From sequence record NZ_CP092205.1: a DNA stretch of 64,000 nucleotides; one strand, given 5' to 3'. Numbering within the stretch: position 1 is the first letter of the stretch; every line of letters starts with the position of its first letter. The notes under the pieces are model-generated. The model was not told where the DNA came from, did no database searches, and worked only from the letters and a program-made list of their open reading frames with translations. The stretch is from a plasmid. The position numbers were made by a program, and so were the translations under genes. Of this stretch, positions 1 to 10,241 are shown one piece after another.

Positions 1-1434
1 ATTTTAGACATCGCTTCCGATTATGTAGATCTTCGAGGAGAATTAAAAGAATCCGGATTATCCGAAGATGAAAGCAACTTGTTTAAAGCCATGTTACTGG
101 CAGTGTACGAGCCACTTGAAAAGTTAAATTTGATTTTGAAAGGGAAACGTGGCCGTCCTCCCGCTCCTATGGGAACGAAGAAAGATTGGAAGGATGGATC
201 GACACGAATAAAAACTGCCGACGGTTGGAAGCCTGTCAAAAAAGAAAGGCAGGTAAAAGAAGAAAAGCCTACAGCTAAAAAAAGACATTTAAGGGTTATA
301 AAGCCTTCTAAAGAAAGTAGAACTACGAAGAGCGGCTCACTTCCGACAAAACTTCCTTTCAATCAAATCCGAACGATTGAACAATATACCGCAAAAAAAG
401 ATTTCGATCGAAATCAAATCAATTCCTTAAAATTAAAAATCAAAGACAGTGGATACGATCCCGGATTTCCAATTATCGTAGATAATCAAGAAGGAAAATG
501 GACGGTCGTTGCCGGTCATCACAGATACGAGGCGGTCAAGGAATTGATCGCAGAAGGTCACTTTCCTTCCAATTTCGAAATACCAATTGTTCCAAAAGAA
601 TTCGCTTCCAGTAACGACCGACTAACTTCTCAGCTTTCAGAGAATCATCGAAGAAACGTGTTGCCGACCGATGAGGCGAAAGCATATGGGAAGATGATAG
701 AAAACGGCTGGGATGCGAAGAAAATTTCTGAAAAATTAGGGATTACGATCGGAGAAGTGAATAAGCGGTTAGCGTTGAATAACTTAACTCCGGATCTTTT
801 TACACTCGTTCACAAAAAAGACAAATCGCTTCCGTTGGGAGTTGCGGAAGTCATCGGACTTTTTGCAAAAGACGTAAACGACAAGCCGAATGCAACGATG
901 CAGATCCGGGCATACAAATGGTATGTTGCGAACAGATCGAAATACCCAGGTAGAGGTCCGTCTGTAGTTCAAAACTATTTGAAAGAATTACAGTCTGGTC
1001 AGTTCGATCATTTTGATTTCGATTCCGTCGCAACGGATGTTCAAAGGGAAGCACTCAGGACGGTGTCTATGGAAACGGCGGCTACAAACCGTAAGATGCT
1101 CGAAGTCATGATGGATTCATTATCCAAAACCTATCAGCGCGTACTTGGTGACAATGTAACGTCTTTGTCCTCTCAAACAATCAAGGAACTCGCGGCTTCT
1201 ATCGCCGTATCTGCTGACAAAGGAGTCGGATCATCGTCTGTCATTGGGAGGCTTAACGTAATTATTCAAGATTTATCCATTATCAAAGATTCTCTACAAA
1301 TGAAACTCAAAGAGATAGAGGACGATTCGAGTATGCCGATGATGTTCGCAAAATCCTTTCTTTTGGATATTGATGAGACGATTTTTAAAGCAAATCAGGT
1401 TAGGGAAGACTATTCTTTGGTAGTTTTGAAATGA
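1..1434 (+). CDS. ParB-like nuclease domain protein (5' end lies outside window)
   Basis: Frame is open from nt 1 with no stop before the first ATG at 79. ParB/sulfiredoxin-type N-terminal segment PIIVDNQEGKWTVVAGHHRYEAVKEL. Basic low-complexity N-terminal region. Confidence 0.55.
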   Translation: MLDIASDYVDLRGELKESGLSEDESNLFKAMLLAVYEPLEKLNLILKGKRGRPPAPMGTKKDWKDGSTRIKTADGWKPVKKERQVKEEKPTAKKRHLRVIKPSKESRTTKSGSLPTKLPFNQIRTIEQYTAKKDFDRNQINSLKLKIKDSGYDPGFPIIVDNQEGKWTVVAGHHRYEAVKELIAEGHFPSNFEIPIVPKEFASSNDRLTSQLSENHRRNVLPTDEAKAYGKMIENGWDAKKISEKLGITIGEVNKRLALNNLTPDLFTLVHKKDKSLPLGVAEVIGLFAKDVNDKPNATMQIRAYKWYVANRSKYPGRGPSVVQNYLKELQSGQFDHFDFDSVATDVQREALRTVSMETAATNRKMLEVMMDSLSKTYQRVLGDNVTSLSSQTIKELAASIAVSADKGVGSSSVIGRLNVIIQDLSIIKDSLQMKLKEIEDDSSMPMMFAKSFLLDIDETIFKANQVREDYSLVVLK

Positions 1435-1438
1435 AACA

Positions 1439-1675
1439 TTGGAGGAAACTTTGAAAAATCACGAATCATTTAGACACCATCCGGAAGTTCTCCAGTTTCG
1501 AGCTTTGCTTACTGAGGGACTGTTTTTTCACGCTTTATCTCAGCGCGCCTTTGATGAGATTATGACTGCAATCGACAAAGCGTATGTCGATCGAGACAAT
1601 CTTTTGCGCTTTCTACAAAAACGAGAATTGATCGGAGATTTTGAAAGAGAACTACAATACGGAGAATTGGATTAA
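1439..1675 (+). CDS. hypothetical protein (78 aa)
   Basis: ORF 5 nt downstream of the preceding stop, same strand as the ParB-like gene. No recognisable motif. Confidence 0.3.
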   Translation: MEETLKNHESFRHHPEVLQFRALLTEGLFFHALSQRAFDEIMTAIDKAYVDRDNLLRFLQKRELIGDFERELQYGELD

Positions 1676-1877
1676 AAGTGAGAAGAGTAACTTGATATTT
1701 TAATTTCATTTTATGAAAAAGTAAGGAACTCCAGAAGGTAAAGTAATCCAAACTTCTCTCGGTAGATTGTATTCTATGAGACTCGAAGCAATCCCAAACA
1801 AAGTCCGTCGTATCTCCGCCTTTTAGAAAAGATACTTTAGAAAAAGGTTACTTACGTTTTCAGACGTGAGTTTTAGC

Positions 1878-2009
1878 CTATCTGCCATTTTTCTTGAATC
1901 CAAAGACGCATAAGTAAATGACAAAAGCTAAAATCGCACAACCTACCCAAACTGCAACGGTCCAGATGACCGTATACATCAGGATCAATAGAATCAGATT
2001 TGTTTCCAT
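1878..2009 (-). CDS. small hydrophobic peptide (43 aa, one predicted TM helix); below ORF-track cutoff
   Basis: Manual minus-strand translation: METNLILLILMYTVIWTVAVWVGCAILAFVIYLCVFGFKKNGR. ATG start and TAG stop, in an otherwise gene-poor stretch. Confidence 0.2.
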   Translation of the reverse strand: METNLILLILMYTVIWTVAVWVGCAILAFVIYLCVFGFKKNGR

Positions 2010-2288
2010 TCTTTTCTTCCGGGGGAATCAATTGAAGTTTTTGAGTAAATGAATAACACGAAAACTAAGCCAAAAAGACCGGCGTTTAGAGTCAAAGACT
2101 GTCCTTCTCTGATTCCTTTTTCAAAAGAAAGAGTGAAGAGAGGAAATCCGTTAAACCAATGCGACCAATGGTTACGAATTGCAAGTCGCCATCTTTCTTT
2201 ATCAATCAGTGTCTTAGATGAAAATCGAGAAGCCCTGATTCTCCAAAGAAAGAGACTGGTTCGAGTCCAAATTCTTGAAAACATACGA

Positions 2289-2639
2289 CTATAAACCGGA
2301 ACGTCGACTTTCCAAAGCCTTCGCTTTTGATAACAGATCGGACACGATTGCCGACACGCTTTCTACAACTTTAGAAATATCCGATTCAACGCTGAACTTT
2401 CCATACGCGTACTGAGTGAGTTGGTGAAAGATCAAATCCTCGCTATTTCCAGGATAGGACTTTTCCATTTCCTTCGCTTTCACGAGCAATGCTTCAATCA
2501 AAATATTTGCGTCGTTTGCCGCTTCGCTTGCCTCTTCGCTTGCCTCTTTTCCTTTGTTAATACCTAGGCCTGTGAGTTGGCTCAATTGTTGAAAAATTAA
2601 TTGTTGGTTCATACTGCTTCCTCCGCAACATCCAGACAT
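2289..2639 (-). CDS. hypothetical protein (116 aa, helical, acidic)
   Basis: ORF only. Contains a tandem EASEEASEAA repeat. No assignable domain. Confidence 0.3.
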   Translation of the reverse strand: MSGCCGGSSMNQQLIFQQLSQLTGLGINKGKEASEEASEAANDANILIEALLVKAKEMEKSYPGNSEDLIFHQLTQYAYGKFSVESDISKVVESVSAIVSDLLSKAKALESRRSGL

Positions 2640-2820
2640 AAATTCGTTACCACTTGCCTATAGGGCATGATTCTCGTTTTAATTTCGTTTTCAGCCTTAC
2701 AAAGCAGTGGCAAACGGAACACTGCTCTCCAAAAAATCCCTTTAACAATAAGGGACACGTAAGACACGTTCCCATTCTTTTTTCTGAAAAATCATAATTT
2801 TTCTTTTCATCCATGATTGA

Positions 2821-3279
2821 CTAACTCCAGAGTCTTCCGTGAACGGTATATTGAGATACTAAAGTCCAATGGAAAAATTCGTACTTATAAACTTTGTAAC
2901 GAGTAAACCAATTGGAGATGTAACAAGTATTGCATGTGTTGATACAGCACGTACTCGTGCAACACGGTATAAAAACCGTTCCGCCGGTCCAGCAAAGGCC
3001 AATTGTGTTGCTCTGAGAATATCCCGCCGGACAGTCAGGGCAATCAAACCAAGGTCCAAGGTTATGACAGCTAGTGTTTCCCCCACACTGCCCGCAATCG
3101 GTAACGTTTCCACCCTGATCGATATGTGCGTCTACTACGTGCCAAAGGTCTCCGATAGAATAAGAACCTTTTGGAAATACATCGTAACGATCAGGTCCTA
3201 AATTCCCCACCCAATGGCCACCGGCTCCCGATACTGGAGAAGATGGTCCGCTAGGTGGGGTTATGCGAAAGGGAACCAA
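2821..3279 (-). CDS. Cys-rich protein, possibly a tail-fibre distal/receptor-binding segment
   Basis: 152 aa with many Cys (CGQCGGNTSCHNLGPWFDCPDCPAG..CCTSTCCINTCNTC). Lies at the distal end of a minus-strand tail gene string. Confidence 0.3.
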   Translation of the reverse strand: MVPFRITPPSGPSSPVSGAGGHWVGNLGPDRYDVFPKGSYSIGDLWHVVDAHIDQGGNVTDCGQCGGNTSCHNLGPWFDCPDCPAGYSQSNTIGLCWTGGTVFIPCCTSTCCINTCNTCYISNWFTRYKVYKYEFFHWTLVSQYTVHGRLWS

Positions 3280-3461
3280 GTACCTCCATTATCCTTACTC
3301 CAATAGGCAAAGTTCCCTTGCGTCCGTACTTGAAATTTTGCGTTGTCGTAACCGGGTGAAACGGAAGTCCTGATAAAATTTTTAGATTCCACATGCCCAA
3401 AAAGCCAGTTGATCGCATCGGCAATTGACGTTCGGTCACCGATTCCTGGATTTAACTGCAC
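3261..3461 (-). CDS. short ORF upstream of and overlapping the Cys-rich ORF in another frame (possible frameshifted N-terminal part)
   Basis: 66-aa ORF ending GTWFPFA overlaps 2821..3279 by 19 nt in a different frame. Either a separate small gene or a frameshift. Confidence 0.2.
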   Translation of the reverse strand: MQLNPGIGDRTSIADAINWLFGHVESKNFIRTSVSPGYDNAKFQVRTQGNFAYWSKDNGGTWFPFA

Positions 3462-3643
3462 CTCTACCCCAATTAAACCCGGATCATATACGGGTAAAAT
3501 TCGAATGAGGTTTGTAATGGGTCCACCGATAGTATTTTTCTTAAAAGATAAAAGACCGATTCTTCCTGTCGTCGGTGTTGGAAGACCTGGAGAGTTTACC
3601 CATTGTTCAAAAAGACTCGTCCTGTATGTTTTACGAGTCGGTC

Positions 3644-4081
3644 TTACTTGGGGTTGAAATCTTTGAGTGGTTGTATTCCAAAGAGAAACCGCCGAAGAAT
3701 CGGTAAGAGTTTCTCGAGTTCGATTTCATAGATTCCTTCTAAAGAACCGGAGTGAGGAGAAAGCGTTACAGGTGGAAAGATATAAACTGCGTGCGGTCGA
3801 ATATAAAGACCGGCACTTACTTTAATTGTTTGGTTATCAAGTGTAGAAACCGAAAAACCAATTGCCGTATCCGTGTTTCTTCCGATAGTCGCAAGTATTG
3901 CGGTTAGGACTGCGGGAATTGCGGAATGTTCTGATGCCGCTCCCGACAATCGATTGAAATCGTTTGCCGTGACTTTTTGAAGTAAACTTTGATAGTAAAC
4001 TTTAACTTCGTTATCAGTTAAAGGAATCTTTAATTCGTTAGCCATCTGTTTCCCCTGCAAATGCGGCAACGCCGGCCGCAA
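3644..4081 (-). CDS. phage tail/baseplate-associated protein (145 aa)
   Basis: Overlaps the upstream gpI-like ORF, consistent with a tail-gene operon. No specific motif. Confidence 0.3.
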   Translation of the reverse strand: MRPALPHLQGKQMANELKIPLTDNEVKVYYQSLLQKVTANDFNRLSGAASEHSAIPAVLTAILATIGRNTDTAIGFSVSTLDNQTIKVSAGLYIRPHAVYIFPPVTLSPHSGSLEGIYEIELEKLLPILRRFLFGIQPLKDFNPK

Positions 4082-4655
4082 GAATTCGATTGAGTTCGGT
4101 GAGTTGTAAGTCGGATAACTTGTTTAAGTCGTTTGTGAGAACGTAAGTCGCGCCTCTGTCCGGCGTGACAATTGATGAAACAGCTTTGGTATCGGGTCCG
4201 GGAAGGATGATGCCGAGATCGCTTGCGGATACGTCGGTTGCAAAACCTAACTCGTCACAACGAAGAATTGCGAAATCTGGCCTTGGAAAGATCTCTCCAA
4301 TTTTTGGAATCGTAGGTTCGTTTGAAAGAACGTAACCGATGATATAACCGACAAATTCCGAATCGGACATTCCGGAAGGTCGTTGGATTCCGAGTAACTC
4401 GGACCATTTTTCTAGGAAGTGTTGTTCGGCACCCGATAAAACTGCGCTCTTGACCGCAAGATCCTGATATCTAAGATGCCACTCTACGGAGTTGTAAATC
4501 GCACCGACATTGATATCGTTTATATTCGAGACAGGAGTTAGTTCAGGACGAGAAGGATCACCGAACAGTTCTTTGAAAATTGGGTCGGTTTCATTGAACT
4601 GAGGAAGACCATCCAGTAATTTGTTTTCATGTGGCATATTAAGACGGCTCCACAC
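4038..4655 (-). CDS. phage tail protein, gpI-like (205 aa)
   Basis: Sits immediately downstream of and overlapping the J-like gene. Size and position match P2 gpI / Mu gp48 arrangements. Confidence 0.3.
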   Translation of the reverse strand: MWSRLNMPHENKLLDGLPQFNETDPIFKELFGDPSRPELTPVSNINDINVGAIYNSVEWHLRYQDLAVKSAVLSGAEQHFLEKWSELLGIQRPSGMSDSEFVGYIIGYVLSNEPTIPKIGEIFPRPDFAILRCDELGFATDVSASDLGIILPGPDTKAVSSIVTPDRGATYVLTNDLNKLSDLQLTELNRILAAGVAAFAGETDG

Positions 4656-5835
4656 GAGTTACGGTTCCTGAGATGATTCCTCCGGAAGTTCCGCCGGTTC
4701 TTGGAAGATCCACAGTTGGAACAGAAATATCACTCGGAGGTGGAAGAGGGAAAGGAACCGGATCGGATGCGAGTTTTCCATAAAACTCGGTAATGTTTAC
4801 TTTGTAAAAATCCGGATGAGCTTTTAAGATCGTTCCCTCGATTTGTTTTAACAAAACGTCGAAGCCAACTGGTAAAGTATTGAGATATAGAGTAAGCCGA
4901 TTTTGTGCGATATCTAAGGCTTGTTCGTTTGAAAGTTGAGATTCGTTTTGAATTTGTAAATCATACTTAACTGTAATTCCAAGAACTGGAATTCTAAAAA
5001 CTGCGACAAATGTTCCGGCGGCCGCAAAGCCCGGAAAGTTTTCTGGATCCGTTAGATCCCCTTCAATCGTTTTCTGGACAAAATCAAGAAGACTTTGAGG
5101 AGGATTGGAAGTTCCGTCCGAAATATAAAGATTGATCCAACCGATTTCAAACGCACCTGAAAATGGATTCACGTTTGTCGTAAGTTGAATTCCAGCCACT
5201 CCGGGAATTGAGGTCGCTGCTGTATAGATTCCGAGCGGAGTAGAGCGACCAAGAGAAACGATAAAATTGCGAAAACGACGGAGTCTATTTTCTTCGCTTT
5301 CAATATTAGTTCCGCCCGCGAAATCACTCGGATTCCAGATCCTTGTATTTGGCGGAACTTGTACGTTTACAGAACCAAGTCCTTCTTGTGTATCAATCGA
5401 AAGCCGAGTAATGTTATAATCTTTCCCTGGGTTCTTGGCTCTGATTTCGATTTCAACGGAAGATTCTCCAACGGGGATTGTAACGGGCGCAATGGATTCA
5501 TAAACGAGACCGAAGAGATCAAGTGTGAAAATCCCAATATTTACAGGACTCGTATGGCCTGAGTGATCGATTCGAAGAATTCCGATCGCCTTTAAACCGG
5601 GCAATCTCGTAAATCCGAATGCGTTATATACTCCCTCCCTGATCGAATAATCGAATCCGTTCAGAGTCCTTACATCACCTTCCGCAAGAACTGAGGCAAT
5701 TGTCGCAATCCAAGTTGAGATTCTGGATCCCGGATTGAAATTTGATAACCGGGAGCCACTGGCGAGTAAGCTATTTTGTTGAGCCGTTTTGTATTCGAGT
5801 TCCGTTTTAGGAATATAAGGTACGGGAGTTCCCAT
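4639..5835 (-). CDS. baseplate J-like protein (398 aa)
   Basis: Size, position next to the gpI-like gene, and overall character of the baseplate J/gp47 family. Inferred without alignment. Confidence 0.4.
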   Translation of the reverse strand: MGTPVPYIPKTELEYKTAQQNSLLASGSRLSNFNPGSRISTWIATIASVLAEGDVRTLNGFDYSIREGVYNAFGFTRLPGLKAIGILRIDHSGHTSPVNIGIFTLDLFGLVYESIAPVTIPVGESSVEIEIRAKNPGKDYNITRLSIDTQEGLGSVNVQVPPNTRIWNPSDFAGGTNIESEENRLRRFRNFIVSLGRSTPLGIYTAATSIPGVAGIQLTTNVNPFSGAFEIGWINLYISDGTSNPPQSLLDFVQKTIEGDLTDPENFPGFAAAGTFVAVFRIPVLGITVKYDLQIQNESQLSNEQALDIAQNRLTLYLNTLPVGFDVLLKQIEGTILKAHPDFYKVNITEFYGKLASDPVPFPLPPPSDISVPTVDLPRTGGTSGGIISGTVTRVEPS

Positions 5836-5904
5836 ACATGAAAACGTAACTCGATTTCAAAAATCGGACATCCGATAGGGTGAAAGAATTTATTCTTCCA
5901 AGCG

Positions 5905-7854
5905 ATGGGAGTTCTCGATTCGGTTTCTGGATTCGGCGGAGGTGTAGCAGATGGTGCGAAATCCGCTTTTAATTCTGTTACGGGTGGAGCGTTTTCCGGA
6001 AGTTTAGCACCGACTTACCAACCGCAGAATGTATTTTCTCTCTCCTTTTATGAAAAACAAAACAACGGTTCCTATAATCTCACGGACGGGAATGTCGTTT
6101 CGAATGAATATTTTTTTGTAAATGGTCCGCTTCAATATACGGAGAATTTTAAATACCGCGTAGGGATTGAAAAAACTTTCGGCGGAGTCGTGGTCGTTGA
6201 CTATGGACCGGACAACCACGAGATTAAACTGGAAGGTGAGTTTCACATTTACCACCTGGGACTTCCTGCAAAACCCAGGTCTGCGATTCCGGGAGATACG
6301 GGCGCGGGTTTTATTCAATCCGCATTTTCAGCCGCCAAAAGTATCGTTTCGAATACTGTAAGTAGCTATTATGATAAAATCAGAAGCAGTTATCTAAGCC
6401 TTGGAGGAGGGGATTTCCGATCGGGATTGCAAGAATTCCAGGATTTTATGTTCATCCTGCACTATTCCAGAAATCTTGACCCGGTACAATATACGTCAAA
6501 CGATCCTCAAGGTTCAAAGATTGCAAAACTTTTTAGAGAAAGAAGGCTGACTTGGAAGAGTCACGCGATGATTTTTCGCGACTATGACCGAAACCGAACC
6601 GTTGAGGTCGTTGTTCCGTCTAGTGGATTTACGATTACTCGTTCCGTCTCCGATACAAACACGTACAAATATTCGTTGAATCTGGTTGTTGTACGTGAAC
6701 TTGATTCTTCCATTACGAGTCAGCTCATCCGAAGTAATTTCAATCCGTTTAGAACAATTTCAGGACTCATGAACGAGTTAGAAAATATCGTAAATCTCCC
6801 TTTGCAGTTGTCGGGTGCGCTTCTTGGAGTCGCGCGAGGTGTTCAAGTTTTTGCTAACTCTTCCAAAAGACTTCTCTCTTCTTGGGATCGGATGAAAAAT
6901 CAGTTTAACGCGCAAGGAAAGTTAGCACGAAAAACCTTCGAGAGTGCCAAAGCCGACCTTGGGATAAAATCAAAAAAACGGGGATTTAACGCTGAAGAAA
7001 TCTCACAAAGAATTGACGACGCATACAAAAAATCAAGATCGAACGAAGCGGATTTTAGACAAAGTTTAGAGAAAACGTCTATGGATTGTAATGCCTTAAT
7101 TTCTCTTATCGCACAATTTACGGTTCCGGTTCAAACGGGAGGATCGTATGAATCGATGTCCCTACAACCGAACGCGGATTTGAGTGCTTGGATTGATAAC
7201 GACGTTTACCAGTTTGCATTGACGGTAAATCAGATTCTTTTAGAAACACAAAGCGCAATCAATCAGGCGGCTGTTGACAATGAATTTTCCATACATTACG
7301 TTTCATCGGGTGATACCTGGGAAAAGGTCGCAGCGAAAAAATTAGGGGACGCGACTTTAGGCCAAGCACTTGCGCTTTATAACGGACAACATGAAACGAC
7401 CATTCTTGCAAGCCGCGCGATTAAAATCCCCTTTGGGACAAAGACAAATGTGTTTACGGTTTTACCGGACAATCCGACGCCAAGAGATTTAGAAATCGCA
7501 CTTCTTGGATGCGATATAAAGCTCACGGAAAATCGAGGGATTGATATTTCGCCAACGGGTGATTTAGCAATTGTGGAAGGTGACGAAGCTCTTGTGAATG
7601 AGAAGCTCGATCATATCGATATTGTAATAGGATCGATTCCGGGAAGTCCGGAGCTTGGGAATCCTATCGTTTGGGGTGAAACTCTGGATGAAATTTTCAG
7701 TAAGGGATCTATTCAACAGCTAATACAACAGTTTAAGTCGGATCCAAGAGTGAATGACGCTCGCTTTCTGGGAGTATTACAAGATGGGGACAAGATTTTA
7801 TTTCGCTTTTATTTGGAATCTATTTCAGGTGGGAGTAACGTCTTGTCAACATGA
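5905..7854 (+). CDS. phage tail/baseplate hub-like protein with LysM-type motif (649 aa)
   Basis: LysM-like segment HYVSSGDTWEKVAAKKLGDATLGQALALYNGQ. Directly precedes and overlaps the gpV-like spike gene, as do gpD/gp43-44-like or tail protein X fusions. Confidence 0.4.
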   Translation: MGVLDSVSGFGGGVADGAKSAFNSVTGGAFSGSLAPTYQPQNVFSLSFYEKQNNGSYNLTDGNVVSNEYFFVNGPLQYTENFKYRVGIEKTFGGVVVVDYGPDNHEIKLEGEFHIYHLGLPAKPRSAIPGDTGAGFIQSAFSAAKSIVSNTVSSYYDKIRSSYLSLGGGDFRSGLQEFQDFMFILHYSRNLDPVQYTSNDPQGSKIAKLFRERRLTWKSHAMIFRDYDRNRTVEVVVPSSGFTITRSVSDTNTYKYSLNLVVVRELDSSITSQLIRSNFNPFRTISGLMNELENIVNLPLQLSGALLGVARGVQVFANSSKRLLSSWDRMKNQFNAQGKLARKTFESAKADLGIKSKKRGFNAEEISQRIDDAYKKSRSNEADFRQSLEKTSMDCNALISLIAQFTVPVQTGGSYESMSLQPNADLSAWIDNDVYQFALTVNQILLETQSAINQAAVDNEFSIHYVSSGDTWEKVAAKKLGDATLGQALALYNGQHETTILASRAIKIPFGTKTNVFTVLPDNPTPRDLEIALLGCDIKLTENRGIDISPTGDLAIVEGDEALVNEKLDHIDIVIGSIPGSPELGNPIVWGETLDEIFSKGSIQQLIQQFKSDPRVNDARFLGVLQDGDKILFRFYLESISGGSNVLST

Positions 7855-8570
7855 GAGGTACTTTTTCTAACGATCCATTTGATTGGCAGGAAAAACCACA
7901 GTCTCCGGACGCGAGGATGACTCCTCCGATGCTTGCAACCGTAACCGACGTCTTTCCTCGATTTCGTGCAAATGTTTTGACTACATTTGGAGAACCATTT
8001 CAAAAAGTTCGATACTTTGGACCTGCATTGAAACAAGGAGGAAATGCACATGGTAGAGCCTTTGGTCTTAAAAAAAATCAGCTCGTATTGCTTGAGTTTA
8101 TTGGAGGTTCTTTTCGCGCTCCTATCATCACTCAAGTTTTCCCTTTTTCTACCAAGGATTTCGACTTATCCAATATTCAGGACTTCTGGAATAAATATTC
8201 TTTTATCAACCCGGAGACAGACATAATTGATTTTCACGAGTCTGGCTACGCGGTTCGTCAAACGACGAATAAGATAGAGGTTTATGACGATTCACAAGAA
8301 GTCGTATTAGAACTTGATTTTACATCCAAAAAAGCGACTCTCACATTTGAAAACGTAAAGATAAATTCTAAAGTTCAAATCAACGGGGATACAAAAATTG
8401 TGGGAAAAACTACCTTTGAAGGAGACTTGGATATAACTGGAAAAGTCGAAGCTACCGAAAAGATTATTTCAGATGTCGATGTGATCGCGGCGGGAACCTC
8501 TTTAAAAGAACACAACCATCTTTATAACCCAGGTCCATTGCCTCCTACAAAGACTAGTCCTCCGATATGA
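7851..8570 (+). CDS. baseplate spike protein, gpV-like
   Basis: C-terminal LKEHNHLYNPGPLPPTKTSPP resembles the P2 gpV apex motif (HTHKHPGDSGGTTGSP, an HxH site). Size 239 aa. ATGA overlap with the upstream gene. Confidence 0.5.
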   Translation: MRGTFSNDPFDWQEKPQSPDARMTPPMLATVTDVFPRFRANVLTTFGEPFQKVRYFGPALKQGGNAHGRAFGLKKNQLVLLEFIGGSFRAPIITQVFPFSTKDFDLSNIQDFWNKYSFINPETDIIDFHESGYAVRQTTNKIEVYDDSQEVVLELDFTSKKATLTFENVKINSKVQINGDTKIVGKTTFEGDLDITGKVEATEKIISDVDVIAAGTSLKEHNHLYNPGPLPPTKTSPPI

Positions 8571-8593
8571 CCTAATCCGTTACGATTTTCTCT

Positions 8594-10162
8594 GTGTCGA
8601 CTCAAGTGTTCGATCCGGACAAAATAGAAAAGATAACAGAGCGAAGGGGTATTGGTTTTCCGCCAAAATCGTTTGCGATCGAGGTCCATTTACCTGGATC
8701 ATCCAGTAGTATTTTCTTTCCCGTAGAACACGTTACGACTATCAAATCTCATCGTTCCATTTCCGCGCAAAGGGGAGGAATCGCGCTTACAATTCCCTAC
8801 CAAGAAGGATACTTCGTTCAACGAAATGCAGATACTCCTCTGCCTTTATCTCAAATCAAAGAGGGAGAATTTTTAAGATTCAGAGATATATTTCCGGTTA
8901 GGAGTATCGTTTTTATTTATTACGATAACGGATCAGGCAATTCAGAGGAAAGTAGGTTTAACAAGTTAAACGTTGGAAAGGTAAAATCTGCGTCTAGAGA
9001 ATATTCGGCCGATGGAAAAAGTTTTGTAAGCGTGACTATTTCACCGATTGAAACCCTTCTTTCCGACACCGACTTTTTTATCGACTATCAAAGAACGGAA
9101 GGAGAACCACCCACTCGGACCCAAGAATCCTATGCCGGAGTGATCACAAAAGCGACGAAAGTATTTTTACAGGGACAGTTGTCCGATTTAATCAAAAACT
9201 TTTGGGATGAGTTTTTTTGTACATTGATGAACATTTCAAGGTATGCAGATCATCCAGTACTTTCACCGACTACAGAAAACGATCCCGATTCTATTTTAAC
9301 GATCCTTCTTCCAAAAAAAGCATACACGGAATATTTCACATACGAATCTCAAGTGCTATCGAGTTTTTCAATCGGCTCGTACGTCAACTTTTGGGAAATA
9401 CTAAGATCGTATGTTTCTGAACCTCTCTACGAATTGTTCGTGGATCCACTCCAAACCTTTCAAATCGACGGAATGTATGGGAAGGGGGTTTCTTTAGGTG
9501 AGATAGGATCGAATATGATCGAAGAATACGAAGTAGGAAGAAAGGAGGCCCAGGTAGTTTTCAGGCCAACCCCTTTTTACATGTTTGGGAAGGACGGGAA
9601 ATACCGGGATTTAAAAACGTCGAATATCGACGCTTGTTATTATTTAGCCTTTGATGATCTCAAGAATTATCGAATCGAAGATTCGGAAGATTCGATTATC
9701 GCGGGTGTTCACGTAATTCAAAATACATTTCAACAATTTGGAACTGTTCTTTCCGAACCGAAATACGAAGACAGACTTCGTTCAATTTTCGGTCCAAAGC
9801 TGCTTCATGTAAAGATGGCCGGACTCGTTTTTAAAGAGGAAAATCTAAACGAGACAAACAAAGAAAACTACAAAGGTGAACTCGCTAAAATTCGCGATAT
9901 GCTCTTTAATATTTTCTGCGATATCGAAGAGTTAAAAATTGCCAGTGGTTCTTTTGATCTTCCTTTTATTCCATTACGTCCGGGAATGCCCTTTCGTATC
10001 GTAATGGACGCTTCTAAAAAATATCCGATACCGGAAGACGAGATCAGTGAGTTTGGATATATCACAGACGTGATCGATGAATTCTCTCCGGGTCAAGCGA
10101 AAGCAAATACGAACGTATCGTTCAAATGGAGTCCTACGTCCACTTCGGCGTATACTGAGTGA
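8594..10162 (+). CDS. phage structural protein, hypothetical (522 aa)
   Basis: ORF in the tail module. No Walker A, so not a terminase large subunit. No assignable domain. Confidence 0.3.
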   Translation: MSTQVFDPDKIEKITERRGIGFPPKSFAIEVHLPGSSSSIFFPVEHVTTIKSHRSISAQRGGIALTIPYQEGYFVQRNADTPLPLSQIKEGEFLRFRDIFPVRSIVFIYYDNGSGNSEESRFNKLNVGKVKSASREYSADGKSFVSVTISPIETLLSDTDFFIDYQRTEGEPPTRTQESYAGVITKATKVFLQGQLSDLIKNFWDEFFCTLMNISRYADHPVLSPTTENDPDSILTILLPKKAYTEYFTYESQVLSSFSIGSYVNFWEILRSYVSEPLYELFVDPLQTFQIDGMYGKGVSLGEIGSNMIEEYEVGRKEAQVVFRPTPFYMFGKDGKYRDLKTSNIDACYYLAFDDLKNYRIEDSEDSIIAGVHVIQNTFQQFGTVLSEPKYEDRLRSIFGPKLLHVKMAGLVFKEENLNETNKENYKGELAKIRDMLFNIFCDIEELKIASGSFDLPFIPLRPGMPFRIVMDASKKYPIPEDEISEFGYITDVIDEFSPGQAKANTNVSFKWSPTSTSAYTE

Positions 10163-10241
10163 AAAAAAGGAATCCTTTTTGATTTCACTGACTTGAAAAT
10201 CAAGCTCCGATAGCCTTCGTTCTTTCATACTTTCGGGCAGA

